A DNA stretch of 64,000 nucleotides from an uncultured candidatus Porisulfidus sp. (GTDB lineage: Bacteria; Pseudomonadota; Gammaproteobacteria; Poriferisulfidales; Poriferisulfidaceae): assembly GCA_965204575.1 (NCBI GenBank), contig OZ241993.1, positions 1,344,001 through 1,408,000 of the forward strand, written 5' to 3'. This document shows, piece by piece, positions 1 through 8,927 of this stretch. A model generated the notes under the pieces. The model had not been told where the DNA came from. It made no database searches and saw nothing but the letters and a program-made list of their open reading frames with translations. Numbering within the stretch: the stretch's first letter is position 1; the number at the start of each line of letters is the position of its first letter. The translations under genes and the position numbers were made by a program.

Positions 1-1377
1 CAGCCAGTCCCGGCCGAGCGCGCAACGCCGCAGCACGGCGTTGAGGTTCAGGCTCAGCACTGCCAGATGCCACCAGGCGGCGTTGGCCCCGAACCGGCCC
101 GACGGCATCAGGCCGCCGGCCAGGTCGTCCTTGAGCACCGCGTGCACCTCCTCGCCCCGCCCGCAGCGTTCATGCGCGAAGCGCACCAGTTCCGCCGTCG
201 ACATCGCCAGCCCCGCGCCCTCGTCGGGTTCGACCGGATGCGGCAGGTTGGTCAGATAGACCCGGCAGCGCCAGGCCGGGGCGCCGTCGCGGGTCGGCAA
301 CTCGTCGGGGTCGACGCCCAGCTCGCCCGGCAAGGCGCGCCGGGTGGCGACATGGCGCAGCAGCTGCCCGGCCTGCTTCGGCCGGGCGTTCCAGTCCGAG
401 ACGTGATCCAGCTCGGCGCAGTGCAGCGCCGAGCCGAGGAGCGGCTGCCACCAGTCCTCCGGCGCCCGCGCCAGGGACTGCTTCATCGCCTTGCCCAGGT
501 CCGCCGACACCACGAAGCCGATCACCCCGAAGCGGCGCAGCGCCGCCGGACGCGATGCCGGATCGTTGCAGAACCGCACTAGCGTCTTCTGGTAGCCGGC
601 GCCGTCGCTGCGCACCCACACCCGCCGGATCGTCGGCGGCAGACCCGACACCACCCGCTCCAGCAGCTCCCGGTTGCGCACCCCGGCCGGCACGTTGCCG
701 TCCCGGAACTCGGTGCCCAGCACCATCCCCAACTCCGGGCAGAACACCGACAGCGGCTGGTAGCCGCGCTCCCCCGGCACCTTGCCGGTCGCGCTGCGGT
801 ACGTGGGCCGGGCCTCGCGCTTGCCCGACGCCACCACCGTCGCGTCCAGGTCCAGGGTCAACTCCTCCAGTTGCTGAACCTCGATCAGGCGGTCCCGCAG
901 CCGCTCGGTCACCGCCTCGATCCGCCGCAACTCGTTCGCCGGTTCCGGCACCACCGCCCGCCCGGGCACCCGCGCCTGCGCCGCCGCCTCGTCCTGGAAA
1001 CGCCCCAACCAGTCCAACACCGAGCGCGCCGACGGAAAGGTCCGCTTGCGCCCGCCCCGGAAGCGCCGCGCCAGCTGCGCCGCCGGGATCCCCAGCACCG
1101 CCTCCTCGTAGGCGCGCACCAGCCGGCACAGGCTGGCGTCTTCCTCCAGCGCCGCCACGTCCGAGACCCGCTCGTGGCCGACCACGTTCAGCAACAGCAG
1201 GCTCAGCATCATCTGCCCGTCGTGCCAGCCCTGCCGGCCGGCCACCGGCACCGGCAGGTCGTGAAGCACGCCCGTGCGGCGCAGCAACTCCAGCCACAAG
1301 ACCAGCCCGCCGTGGGCGCTGGTCCGGGTCAGGTTCGGGTCGCCGTCGAGCGCGACCAAAGGGGAAAAACTGGACAT
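1..1377 (-). CDS. IS1380-family DDE transposase, 3' end runs off the window
   Basis: Not in the ORF track because no stop was seen in the window. Manual translation from ATG 1377 gives MSSFSPLVALDGDPNLTRTSAHGGL...LTLDLDATVVASGKREA...GYQPL...EFRDGNVPAG...VRSDGAGYQ, typical DDE_Tnp_1_4 motifs. Confidence 0.85.
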   Translation of the reverse strand, partial: MSSFSPLVALDGDPNLTRTSAHGGLVLWLELLRRTGVLHDLPVPVAGRQGWHDGQMMLSLLLLNVVGHERVSDVAALEEDASLCRLVRAYEEAVLGIPAAQLARRFRGGRKRTFPSARSVLDWLGRFQDEAAAQARVPGRAVVPEPANELRRIEAVTERLRDRLIEVQQLEELTLDLDATVVASGKREARPTYRSATGKVPGERGYQPLSVFCPELGMVLGTEFRDGNVPAGVRNRELLERVVSGLPPTIRRVWVRSDGAGYQKTLVRFCNDPASRPAALRRFGVIGFVVSADLGKAMKQSLARAPEDWWQPLLGSALHCAELDHVSDWNARPKQAGQLLRHVATRRALPGELGVDPDELPTRDGAPAWRCRVYLTNLPHPVEPDEGAGLAMSTAELVRFAHERCGRGEEVHAVLKDDLAGGLMPSGRFGANAAWWHLAVLSLNLNAVLRRCALGRDWL

Positions 1378-1505
1378 ATAATGAGACTCCCGGTTGGTTG
1401 TTGTTGACTCACCCAGTGGGTGAGTCGTCTAGCACCACCAAGTTTAACTGCTACACGCAGTTATTGCACAGCCAACCGGGACCTTTCTACTTCCTTTTAC
1501 TCAGG
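1..1505 (-). mobile_element. IS1380-family insertion sequence (left part)
   Basis: Transposase plus a probable terminus CCTGAGTAAAAGG on the minus strand from 1505. The other end lies outside the window, so the IR cannot be confirmed. Confidence 0.65.
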
Positions 1506-1549
1506 TAGCTCGCGGATCGGGGGCCTGACGGATGGTGAGTCTGTATTAT

Positions 1550-1567
1550 TTTCCGTGCTAGAATCCC
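1550..1567 (+). promoter_or_regulatory. Putative extended -10 promoter of six-Cys protein gene 1
   Basis: TTTCCGTGCTAGAATCCC contains TGnTAGAAT. The identical 18-mer lies upstream of paralog 2 (8029-8046, minus). Confidence 0.55.
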
Positions 1568-1590
1568 ATGGCTCAATTCATTTGCGAGGC

Positions 1591-1938
1591 ATGGACATGG
1601 ATTTCAAGATTTTCTCCCTGGCGGCTTTATTCTCCGCCGCAGTGTTGCTGGTTTCCGTGTTGTCGGTCCCTGCGGGACCGGCGCACGCTTTCACGTCAAC
1701 CCCGGCCAATAAGGATCAAAGAACCATAGTCCAGAAGTGCCGTGAAGATTTCGACCGTTCTTCCGCAGGTTCAAGTTGTTCCAAGGTGACTTTCACGAAA
1801 GTCATGAACTACCGGTGCCGGATCGACTACACCTGCAGCAAGGCCGACGGCGGCACCCGCAAGGGCTGGAAGACGATTGACCCGGACGATTCCGCGTCTC
1901 TGAAAAACTGCGACGGCTGGCTCAAGACGAGTTGCTGA
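1591..1938 (+). CDS. Small secreted six-cysteine protein, paralog 1
   Basis: GAGG RBS, Sec signal ending AHA|FTS, mature pattern C-x12-C-x12-C-x5-C-x24-C-x7-C-stop. The start may be 1597. Confidence 0.8.
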   Translation: MDMDFKIFSLAALFSAAVLLVSVLSVPAGPAHAFTSTPANKDQRTIVQKCREDFDRSSAGSSCSKVTFTKVMNYRCRIDYTCSKADGGTRKGWKTIDPDDSASLKNCDGWLKTSC

Positions 1939-2016
1939 TTCGCCTGCGGCCCTGGCGCAAGAGGGGCTTTCGTTGCGCGGCAACCGGCGGCCGCCGGTGC
2001 GCATGACGGGTGTCGG

Positions 2017-3204
2017 TCAGCTGTCGCGAAGGGCCTCGACCGGATCGAGCCGGGCGGCCCGGTAGGCGGGGTACAGGCCGAAGAAGATGCCGGCGGCGCT
2101 GGCCACGCCGACCCCCAGGCCGACGGCCAGCATCGAGACCTGGAACGCCCAGTCCGTAATCTGGCAGATGACCCAGGTTGCCCCGACTCCTGCCCCGACT
2201 CCGACCACGCCAGCCGCCAGCGACAGGACGATCGACTCGATCAGGAACTGGCCCTGGATATCGGCGCGGCGCGCGCCCAGGGCACGGCGGATGCCGATCT
2301 CCTGTCGTCGCTCGGACACCGAGACCAGCATGACGTTCATGACCCCGATGCCGCCGACGAGGAGCGAGATCCCGCCCACGGAACCCAAAAGAAGCGCGAA
2401 CAGCCGCATCTGCTTGTGCATCTGTTCGATCAGGTGCTCCGCGCTTCGCACGCGCACCTCGACGCCGGGCGACAGGCGCCGGAAGTAGTCGGCAATCTTC
2501 CTTTCCGCCACGACGTGATGGGTCCCCGGGCTCATGCGGGCCGTGATGTTGCGGATTTCCGGGCGGCGAAACACCCGCCGGGCGGTCGACAGGGGGATGA
2601 TGACGGCGCGGCTGACATCGAAGTCGCGCATGCCCTGCGGGGTTCGCCGCAATACGCCGACGATGGTGTACGCGTTCCCGGCCACCTCGAGGGCCTCGCC
2701 GATGAGGTTCCGGGTTCCGGCGTGGCGCAGGTCCGCGGCGATCTCCGGGCCGATGACGCAGAAGTACCGGCGCAAGTCGAGGTCGGAGATGTGGCGGCCG
2801 GATTCGAGTTTCAGCTTGTTGAGGTCGGGCAGGGTGGCGGTGGCCCCGATCAGCACCGCGTCTTTCGGTGCCCGCCGGGGCAGGGAGATCTGCGCGTATG
2901 AGTCCGCATAAGGAGCCGCCGCGGTGATGACGGAAAGCCTCGCGACGCCGCTGGCCTGCTCCGGGTCGATCGCGGAGAGGTCGCCCGAAGGACCGCGATG
3001 GTCAAGGCTGATGGTCAGGATGTCCGTGCCCAGTTCCTGGAATTGCTCGAGCGCCTCGTCCCGGGCGATGAGGCCCAGCGAAATCATCGCGATGACCGAG
3101 CCGATTCCGATCGCAATGCCGATCAGCGCAAGCAGGGTGCGTTGCTTGGCGGCGAGCAGGCTGCTCGCTGCTTCCTTGAGATTGGCCTGGACGAGAGGAA
3201 GCAT
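2017..3204 (-). CDS. MacB/FtsX-family ABC transporter permease
   Basis: RTLLALIGIAIGIGSVIAM TM1, large periplasmic domain, GGIGVMNVMLVSVSERRQEIGIRRALGA, YPAYRAARLDPVEALR. Confidence 0.93.
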   Translation of the reverse strand: MLPLVQANLKEAASSLLAAKQRTLLALIGIAIGIGSVIAMISLGLIARDEALEQFQELGTDILTISLDHRGPSGDLSAIDPEQASGVARLSVITAAAPYADSYAQISLPRRAPKDAVLIGATATLPDLNKLKLESGRHISDLDLRRYFCVIGPEIAADLRHAGTRNLIGEALEVAGNAYTIVGVLRRTPQGMRDFDVSRAVIIPLSTARRVFRRPEIRNITARMSPGTHHVVAERKIADYFRRLSPGVEVRVRSAEHLIEQMHKQMRLFALLLGSVGGISLLVGGIGVMNVMLVSVSERRQEIGIRRALGARRADIQGQFLIESIVLSLAAGVVGVGAGVGATWVICQITDWAFQVSMLAVGLGVGVASAAGIFFGLYPAYRAARLDPVEALRDS

Positions 3205-3216
3205 TCTGCCTTCCGG

Positions 3217-3963
3217 TCATTCGTCTCCCGAAACGGGGCCCGGCCTCTCCCGGGGCTCGACTTCGTTCAGGACGCCGTCGCGAATGCGGGTGCGCCGGGC
3301 ACACTGCTGGGCCACTTCCCGGTCATGCGTGATGATGATCCCGGTGAGCTGCTCCTCGGCGTTCAGCCGGATGAACAGTTGCATGATCTCGTCGCTGGTC
3401 TCGGCATCCAGGGCGCCGGTCGGTTCGTCAGCCAGCAGGATGTCCGGTTCGCCGACCAGGGCGCGGGCGATGGCGACGCGTTGCCGCTGCCCTCCGGACA
3501 TTTCGCCGGGGCGATGGCCTGCGCGGTCGCCGATGCCGACCTTGTCGAGCATTTCGCAGGCGCTGCGCTGCGCGACCGCCGAACCCGTGCCTCGGTACAC
3601 CAGCGGAACCGCCACATTCTCCCAGGCCGTCAGGCGCGGAAGCAGGTGGAAAGACTGGAACACGAAGCCGATGCTCGCGTTGCGCAGGGCGGAAAGATCG
3701 TCGTCGTCCAGCACGCCGACTTCCCGCCCATTCAGGGAAAAGGAGCCCGAATCCGACTGATCCAGAAGGCCTAGGATGTTCATCAGCGTGGACTTGCCGC
3801 AGCCCGACGGCCCCATGATCGACAGCAGGTCACCCGGGTACAGGTCGAGGCATACCCCTCGGAGGATCTCGGTGACGATCGGCCCCGTGGCATAACTCTT
3901 GCGGATGTCGACCAGGCTGAGTATGGCCTCCGCCGCCGGGCTCACGCTGTCCCGCCGGGTCAT
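3217..3963 (-). CDS. ABC ATP-binding protein, MacB/LolD type
   Basis: Walker A GPSGCGKST, signature MSGGQRQRVAIARAL, Walker B ILLADEPTGALD, ITHD. Confidence 0.95.
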   Translation of the reverse strand: MTRRDSVSPAAEAILSLVDIRKSYATGPIVTEILRGVCLDLYPGDLLSIMGPSGCGKSTLMNILGLLDQSDSGSFSLNGREVGVLDDDDLSALRNASIGFVFQSFHLLPRLTAWENVAVPLVYRGTGSAVAQRSACEMLDKVGIGDRAGHRPGEMSGGQRQRVAIARALVGEPDILLADEPTGALDAETSDEIMQLFIRLNAEEQLTGIIITHDREVAQQCARRTRIRDGVLNEVEPRERPGPVSGDE

Positions 3964-5810
3964 CGCGAGGGTCCCGGCATCAGGATTTCCTGGCCGGTCG
4001 TGATGCCGCTGACGATTTCCACTGAGTCCAGGGTGGTCATCCCGATCTCCACCTCTACCGGTCCGATTTCGCCGGAATCCCGGTCGCGGACCCGCAGCCA
4101 GGACCGGCCCTCGCGGAGTTCCACCGCCTCGACCGGGACCAGTAGCGCGTCTTCCTTTTCATAGACCAGGACCTCGACCCGGGCGGACATGCCCAGGCGC
4201 AGCAGCCGGTGCTGTTCCTCCGTCAGGGTTTCCACGACGGCGTTGACCTCGAACAGCGGCTGCCGTCGATGTTCGCGCACGGGAATGGCCTGCGAGGAAA
4301 TACTGTCGACCTTGCCGTGCAGCACGGTCCCGGGGAAGGCGTCCCCCACGATCCGCGCCGGTTGTCCCGGACGAATCCGCGTGACGTCCACCTCGTCCAC
4401 ATGGACGACCACGGCGATGCCGCTGGTGTCCCCGATGGTCAGCAGCAGGTCGCCCCGATCAACCAGCGCGCCCTTGACCAGCTTGTCGCTGGCCGTGCCC
4501 GTCTTCGCCTCTGCGCCGTCCTTCCGCCTCGGATGCATCACCACGCCGGCCGCCGGCGCGGTGACGGCGGCCTTGCGCAGGATTTCCTCGATGCTTTCCA
4601 GCTGGGTGCGCGCGTTCTCCAGTTCTAGCCGCGCTACCTTCAGCCCGGGGACGCCTTTGTCCAGAACGGCCTGAAGTTCCTGTTCCGCCGTCTGCAGGTC
4701 CAGCGACTGGTTGCGGTGTTCCCGCTCGGCGGCCTCGTACTCCGAGGTGGGGATGATGCCCCGCTCCAGCAGGAACGCGGTTTCCTCAAGCCGGCTGTTC
4801 AGGGATTCCAGCTTGAGCCGGCTTTTGCTCACGGCCTGGCGGACCCGGGATACCTCGGCATGGTTGGACCAGTTCTCGAATGTCTCGACCTGTTCGCGCG
4901 CCTTGAGGTAGGTCACTTCCGCCTCGCGGCGGGAAATCTGGACCTTGGCCACGTCCATGTCCAGCAAGGCCTGGCCCTGGGCGACCCGCTGGCCGGGGCG
5001 GACATGCACCGCGCCCACCTTTCCCTTCATCGGGGCGGCCACCTCGACTTCCCGCTTCGGCGCCAGTTGCCCGGTCATGGCGACCGTGGACGAGATCCGC
5101 CCGGGCTCGACCACCAGGCTGCGGGCCTGTTCCGGGGCGCCGTGCGCCGTGCCTGCGATGTCGCTCCCGGAAGCTGGGAGACCCGCGTCCGGGCGGCTGT
5201 CCCAGAAGTACAGCCCGATCGCGACGAACAGGACCGGGACGGCCAAGGCCGCGCCCACCCGGATGGTCGTGATCTTCTTCGAGGCGACGCCCAGTTTCTG
5301 GTTTGTCTCCTCCAGTTCCCGGTAGGCATTTCGGAGTTCGGCGTGCTGTCCCTCCACCTCCTTGGCCAAGCGGAGTTCCTTCTCCCGCAATTCCCGGATC
5401 TCGGAGATGTCGTTGAACATCACGATGACGCCGGTCCAGAGGGCTTCGCCGTCCCGTTCCTCCTTCAGGTACGTCGTCGCCACGGACAGGGAGCGGGTCT
5501 CGCCGCCGAGCGTCGCCTCGACCACGCGCTGGTGGACTGCGGTGGAGTCGTAGACGGCCTCGAAGATGATGTCGAGAAACTGGTCCAGGCCCTCCTTGTC
5601 GGCAAAAACCTCCCCGAACCGGCTTCCCACGACCGCGGCGCTGTCCAGGCCGAAGATGCTCTCCGCCGCCGCGTTGAAGCTGGTAATGATTCCGTCGGTG
5701 TCCAGGGACATGACCCCGCTGGCCACATTGTCCAAGATGTTCCGGTAGATCAGGCCGGAAGCCTCGCGGCTTTCGTCGGGAAGGGGAGGGCTGGAGCGGC
5801 GCGCGTTCAC
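3960..5810 (-). CDS. Periplasmic adaptor (MacA/HlyD-like MFP) with N-terminal PAS domain and coiled coil
   Basis: ILDNVASGVMSLDTDGIITSFNAAAESIFG...VIVMFNDISE (PAS), coiled coil, one TM, then lipoyl motifs (VAAPMKGKVGAVHVRPGQRV; VTAPAAGVV) and LRLGMSARV...LLVPVEAV. Confidence 0.88.
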   Translation of the reverse strand: MNARRSSPPLPDESREASGLIYRNILDNVASGVMSLDTDGIITSFNAAAESIFGLDSAAVVGSRFGEVFADKEGLDQFLDIIFEAVYDSTAVHQRVVEATLGGETRSLSVATTYLKEERDGEALWTGVIVMFNDISEIRELREKELRLAKEVEGQHAELRNAYRELEETNQKLGVASKKITTIRVGAALAVPVLFVAIGLYFWDSRPDAGLPASGSDIAGTAHGAPEQARSLVVEPGRISSTVAMTGQLAPKREVEVAAPMKGKVGAVHVRPGQRVAQGQALLDMDVAKVQISRREAEVTYLKAREQVETFENWSNHAEVSRVRQAVSKSRLKLESLNSRLEETAFLLERGIIPTSEYEAAEREHRNQSLDLQTAEQELQAVLDKGVPGLKVARLELENARTQLESIEEILRKAAVTAPAAGVVMHPRRKDGAEAKTGTASDKLVKGALVDRGDLLLTIGDTSGIAVVVHVDEVDVTRIRPGQPARIVGDAFPGTVLHGKVDSISSQAIPVREHRRQPLFEVNAVVETLTEEQHRLLRLGMSARVEVLVYEKEDALLVPVEAVELREGRSWLRVRDRDSGEIGPVEVEIGMTTLDSVEIVSGITTGQEILMPGPSR

Positions 5811-7330
5811 GGGGCCGCCTCCCGGTCTACGTCGCGGATCTCGATGTTCCAGGACTCCAGCGTCGTCCCCAGGGTGCGGTCCAGCGAGGTCACGGCCGTC
5901 TGATGGGCGATGATCGAGTCCAGTTCGTTGTTTTGCGCCGACACCAGGTCGTCCTCGAAGGTGACCAGGCGGAAGTTCGACGACAGGCCGAGGCGCAGTT
6001 TTTCCCGTTCGACCGCCACCTTCTGTTCCACGAGTTCGCGGGCAGAACGCGCGAGTTCCACCTGGCGGTGGGACAGTTCCACTTCCCGAAGCGCGTTGCT
6101 CACCTCGATGTCGACGCGCTGGCGCAGGTTCGCGAGACTGTTCCGGGCCTTCCGGAGGAGGGTCGTGGCCTGCACGTATTTCTGTTTTCTGGGGTCGGCC
6201 GCCGCCCAGATCGGAATGCTGAGGTCGAACCGGATGGCATGGTCGGTGCCGTCGAAATGGCCGGCGCCGCCCGGTGTCGAATCAATGCCGGCCAACCGGG
6301 CCGACAGCGTCGCCGAAAGGTCCCACAGGCGCTCGCTCTCGGCCGCCTCGACCCGGGCTTCCGCGATCTCGACGCCGAGGATCGCCTGCAGGTAGTCCGG
6401 GCGGTGCTGCCGGGCCTCCCCGATGCGGTCCGCCATTGCAGCCGGCCTCGGTTTGTCGGGAAGCGTCTCCGAGAGGGTGTCGGTCAGCCGGATCCGGGTG
6501 TGGCTGTCGATGTCGAGGACGTCGGTCAGCGCCAGGCGGGCGGCATCCAGGCGGTTGCGCGCGGCGACCAGTTGCAATTCGCGGCCGGCGATGTCGGCTT
6601 TCGTCTGGACCACGTCCCGCTCCGCCATCCGCCCGCTGCGCACGAGCAGTTCGTTCACCTCGAGCAGGCCCTGGGCGCGCTGGAGGGACTGGCTGCGGAT
6701 TTCTGCGCGATGTTCAGCCTGCATGTAGTCCCGATAGACATTGATGACCGACGTGACGACATCGATGATCGCCTGCTTGAGCGTGAGAACATTGCTCTTT
6801 TCCACGGCCTGGGCGATCCGCACCGAGGCCGTGTTGACCCCGACGCCCGCGCCGCGCAGCAGAGGCTGGGTGAACCTGAACACCAGCTCGTTGGAGTACC
6901 GCGACCGCGAGGGCGCGTCGCCGCCCCGGCGGATGCCGTCCCAGTCGAGGTTGAATTCCCCGCCGGTGGGGATGCGCAGCATGACGGTCGATCCCACGCC
7001 GGTTGCGGCAAGGTCCGAGGACGGCGCGGTGTGCGTCCGGTCAAAGTGAGAATCGAACGTCACATGCGGGCGGAACTTGTTCTCCGCCACTCGCAGGGCG
7101 AAACGTTCCGTGATGCGGTCCAGCCGCGCGCCGATCAGTTGTCGGTTGTTGCGGAGGGTCAGGAGGACAGCCTCTTCAAGAGAAAGGTCGAGGCGATTCG
7201 GTGGATCGCTTCCAGGCTCCGCCCCCAGCCCGGGGACGGAGGAACAAGACAGGCCGATTGCGACAATGGCAGGTTCGATCAAGCATCGCCTGCAACTTCG
7301 GCATGGTGCCTTGGGGGCTGCTGAGAACAT
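5807..7330 (-). CDS. TolC-family outer membrane factor
   Basis: LSLEEAVLLTLRNN, FTQPLLRG, two OEP-like repeats, EREKLRLGLSS; first gene of the transporter operon. Start codon uncertain. Confidence 0.9.
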   Translation of the reverse strand: MFSAAPKAPCRSCRRCLIEPAIVAIGLSCSSVPGLGAEPGSDPPNRLDLSLEEAVLLTLRNNRQLIGARLDRITERFALRVAENKFRPHVTFDSHFDRTHTAPSSDLAATGVGSTVMLRIPTGGEFNLDWDGIRRGGDAPSRSRYSNELVFRFTQPLLRGAGVGVNTASVRIAQAVEKSNVLTLKQAIIDVVTSVINVYRDYMQAEHRAEIRSQSLQRAQGLLEVNELLVRSGRMAERDVVQTKADIAGRELQLVAARNRLDAARLALTDVLDIDSHTRIRLTDTLSETLPDKPRPAAMADRIGEARQHRPDYLQAILGVEIAEARVEAAESERLWDLSATLSARLAGIDSTPGGAGHFDGTDHAIRFDLSIPIWAAADPRKQKYVQATTLLRKARNSLANLRQRVDIEVSNALREVELSHRQVELARSARELVEQKVAVEREKLRLGLSSNFRLVTFEDDLVSAQNNELDSIIAHQTAVTSLDRTLGTTLESWNIEIRDVDREAAP

Positions 7331-7385
7331 GGCGCGCGAGCGGGCGGTGAGGCACCCCTCCGCTACGCGGGGTCCGTCAGGTGAA

Positions 7386-7595
7386 TCAACAACCCAACTT
7401 GACCAAGCCGTTGCAGTTTTTCACTTGAAAAGCATTTGTCGGGCCCGCTGTCATTCCGCTCTTCACGAACACTGTTTCTCTGACCACGGCTTTGGAGTGC
7501 ATTGCCTGAATAGGGCATGGGTTGAGGACTGTTCCAGGAAACTCTCGTCCCGACAAGTGGAAGCCGCAGAACTACTTTCGCAGTTTGGGCATCAT
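7386..7595 (-). pseudogene. Decayed fourth paralog of the six-Cys protein family
   Basis: AGGAG plus ATG 7595 stops after 7 codons. One frame reads CESSSAASTCRDESF and another reads CPIQAMH...VKNCNGLVKLGC-stop. No signal peptide. Confidence 0.65.
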
Positions 7596-7644
7596 GTTCT
7601 CTTCTCCTGGTCCTCAACAGCCTGCCTGGGCTTGCCGCGCATGG

Positions 7645-7992
7645 TCAGCAACTCCCGACCTTCAGCACCAACCGACCGCAGTGGTGCAGGTTGCCGACAT
7701 CCCCTTTCGACACGCCGGTGACGCTGGCATCCCCACGGTTATCGCCGGTAGTGATCTGGTACTTGCATGTGGCGAAGAAATTGCACTTGTTGTGTTCCAC
7801 CCACGTATTCTTCAAATAACAGGTCTGGCTGGCAGGCGAACTGCTCCATGCCGAAGTGCAGTCACCGGTTGTGACGGACGGCGCGGAGGTGAACGCGTGC
7901 ACCGGCTCCGCAGGAATCGACAACGCGGAAGCCAGCAGCAATGCGGCGGAGAAAAAGGCCGCCAAGGAGAAAATATTGAAATTCATGCTCAT
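7645..7992 (-). CDS. Small secreted six-cysteine protein, paralog 2
   Basis: Signal peptide closely similar to paralog 1 (FNIFSLAAFFSAALLL...VHA|FTS); C-x12-C-x11-C-x5-C-x28-C-x9-C-stop. Confidence 0.82.
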   Translation of the reverse strand: MSMNFNIFSLAAFFSAALLLASALSIPAEPVHAFTSAPSVTTGDCTSAWSSSPASQTCYLKNTWVEHNKCNFFATCKYQITTGDNRGDASVTGVSKGDVGNLHHCGRLVLKVGSC

Positions 7993-8028
7993 ACCTCACG
8001 AGTGTATTCGTCAAGGAACTGGACAATA

Positions 8029-8046
8029 GGGATTCTAGCACGGAAA
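8029..8046 (-). promoter_or_regulatory. Putative extended -10 promoter of paralog 2 and possibly the exporter operon
   Basis: Same 18-mer as 1550-1567. Confidence 0.55.
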
Positions 8047-8175
8047 GCGGTTTTACGCGCCCTTTCGAGCCCTTTCTTATGGAAAGTGGTGGGGTCGCTC
8101 GGCAAAGCTGACTTATCAAGATACTGATACTTGTGGACATGGATCACCCGTCAAGTTAGGTATATATCCCTATCT

Positions 8176-8212
8176 ATCAGAAACCCAACCCTACGGGTTT
8201 GGGTTTTCTGAT
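8176..8212. repeat. Imperfect inverted repeat/hairpin
   Basis: ATCAGAAACCCAACCC-TAC-GGGTTTGGGTTTTCTGAT, with two bulged T. Confidence 0.7.
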
Positions 8213-8704
8213 GCAACTGTATAGAGAAAAGTCGAATGCGGCCCGTTCGCTTCGCTTGCTCTGCCGAGAACTGCTGGCAGAATACGCCCGGCATCGTCTC
8301 CGGCAGTTAGTCTTTGCGGTAATTGGCTGTCGCTCACTGTCGGCAGTATCCAACCGACATCATGGCTCCAGTCCAACCCGACTCGCAAAGCAAGGTTATC
8401 CAATGCCGGGCAGTCGGAAATCTGGCGGCAGGTGCACAAGCGCACCCGACCGAGGGCAGGGATCGGGTTTGCCGTCTGCCCGGCAGGGAAGCACCGCACG
8501 GCGGCCGGTCTCGGCCGCCGCGTCTTGGAAAACTCGAACTCGCGGTTATGAGCGTCCGCAATCGGGCAAGGGAACCCTGCCCGGATGCGCCTTTTTGCCT
8601 GTCTATTGGAGTGCGCATCGAGTTTTCCATACACCCCCTCACGGATCGAGGGCGGGCCGGCGCATCCAGCAGGGTTTTGGCTAGCCGGGGTGCTTCCCTT
8701 TCGG

Positions 8705-8755
8705 GCTATCTGGGCGTAAAAATTTTCTGAAAAATAAAAATCTGACCCAGATAGC
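8705..8755. repeat. 10-bp inverted repeat flanking an AT-rich core
   Basis: GCTATCTGGG (8705-8714) ... CCCAGATAGC (8746-8755). Confidence 0.55.
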
Positions 8756-8772
8756 GGTCTGACCTGCCGCCG

Positions 8773-8828
8773 GGCGCGAGCCGTGATAGGAAACCTATCA
8801 CCGGGCGGCCCGGATCAACCGGCTGGCC
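8773..8828. repeat. 56-bp direct repeat copy 1 with palindromic core
   Basis: Identical to 9746-9801; core GTGATAGGAAACCTATCAC at 8783-8801. Confidence 0.9.
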
Positions 8829-8927
8829 GGCTCGACTCCCTGCGCCCGGCGCGGGTCGGCGCGGGGCGTGGGCTGGGGCCGTGCTTCGCGAAGCGTGCAG
8901 ACCGGGCGGCAGGGGCGCGTCCGGCCA

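Noticed and set aside
41-1508. Several long Pro/Arg/Gly-rich ORFs in the track
   Set aside because: These are shadow frames of the IS1380 transposase, which the track missed because it lacks a stop in the window.
1420-1590. N-terminal extension of the 172-aa ORF
   Set aside because: It crosses the IS end. The RBS, signal peptide and paralog 2 alignment support a start at 1591/1597.
8146-8163. lux-box-like ACCCGTCAAGTTAGGT
   Set aside because: Poor symmetry and no LuxR gene in the window.
8191-8730. Overlapping 100-160 aa ORFs on both strands
   Set aside because: No motifs, no convincing RBS, mutually overlapping.
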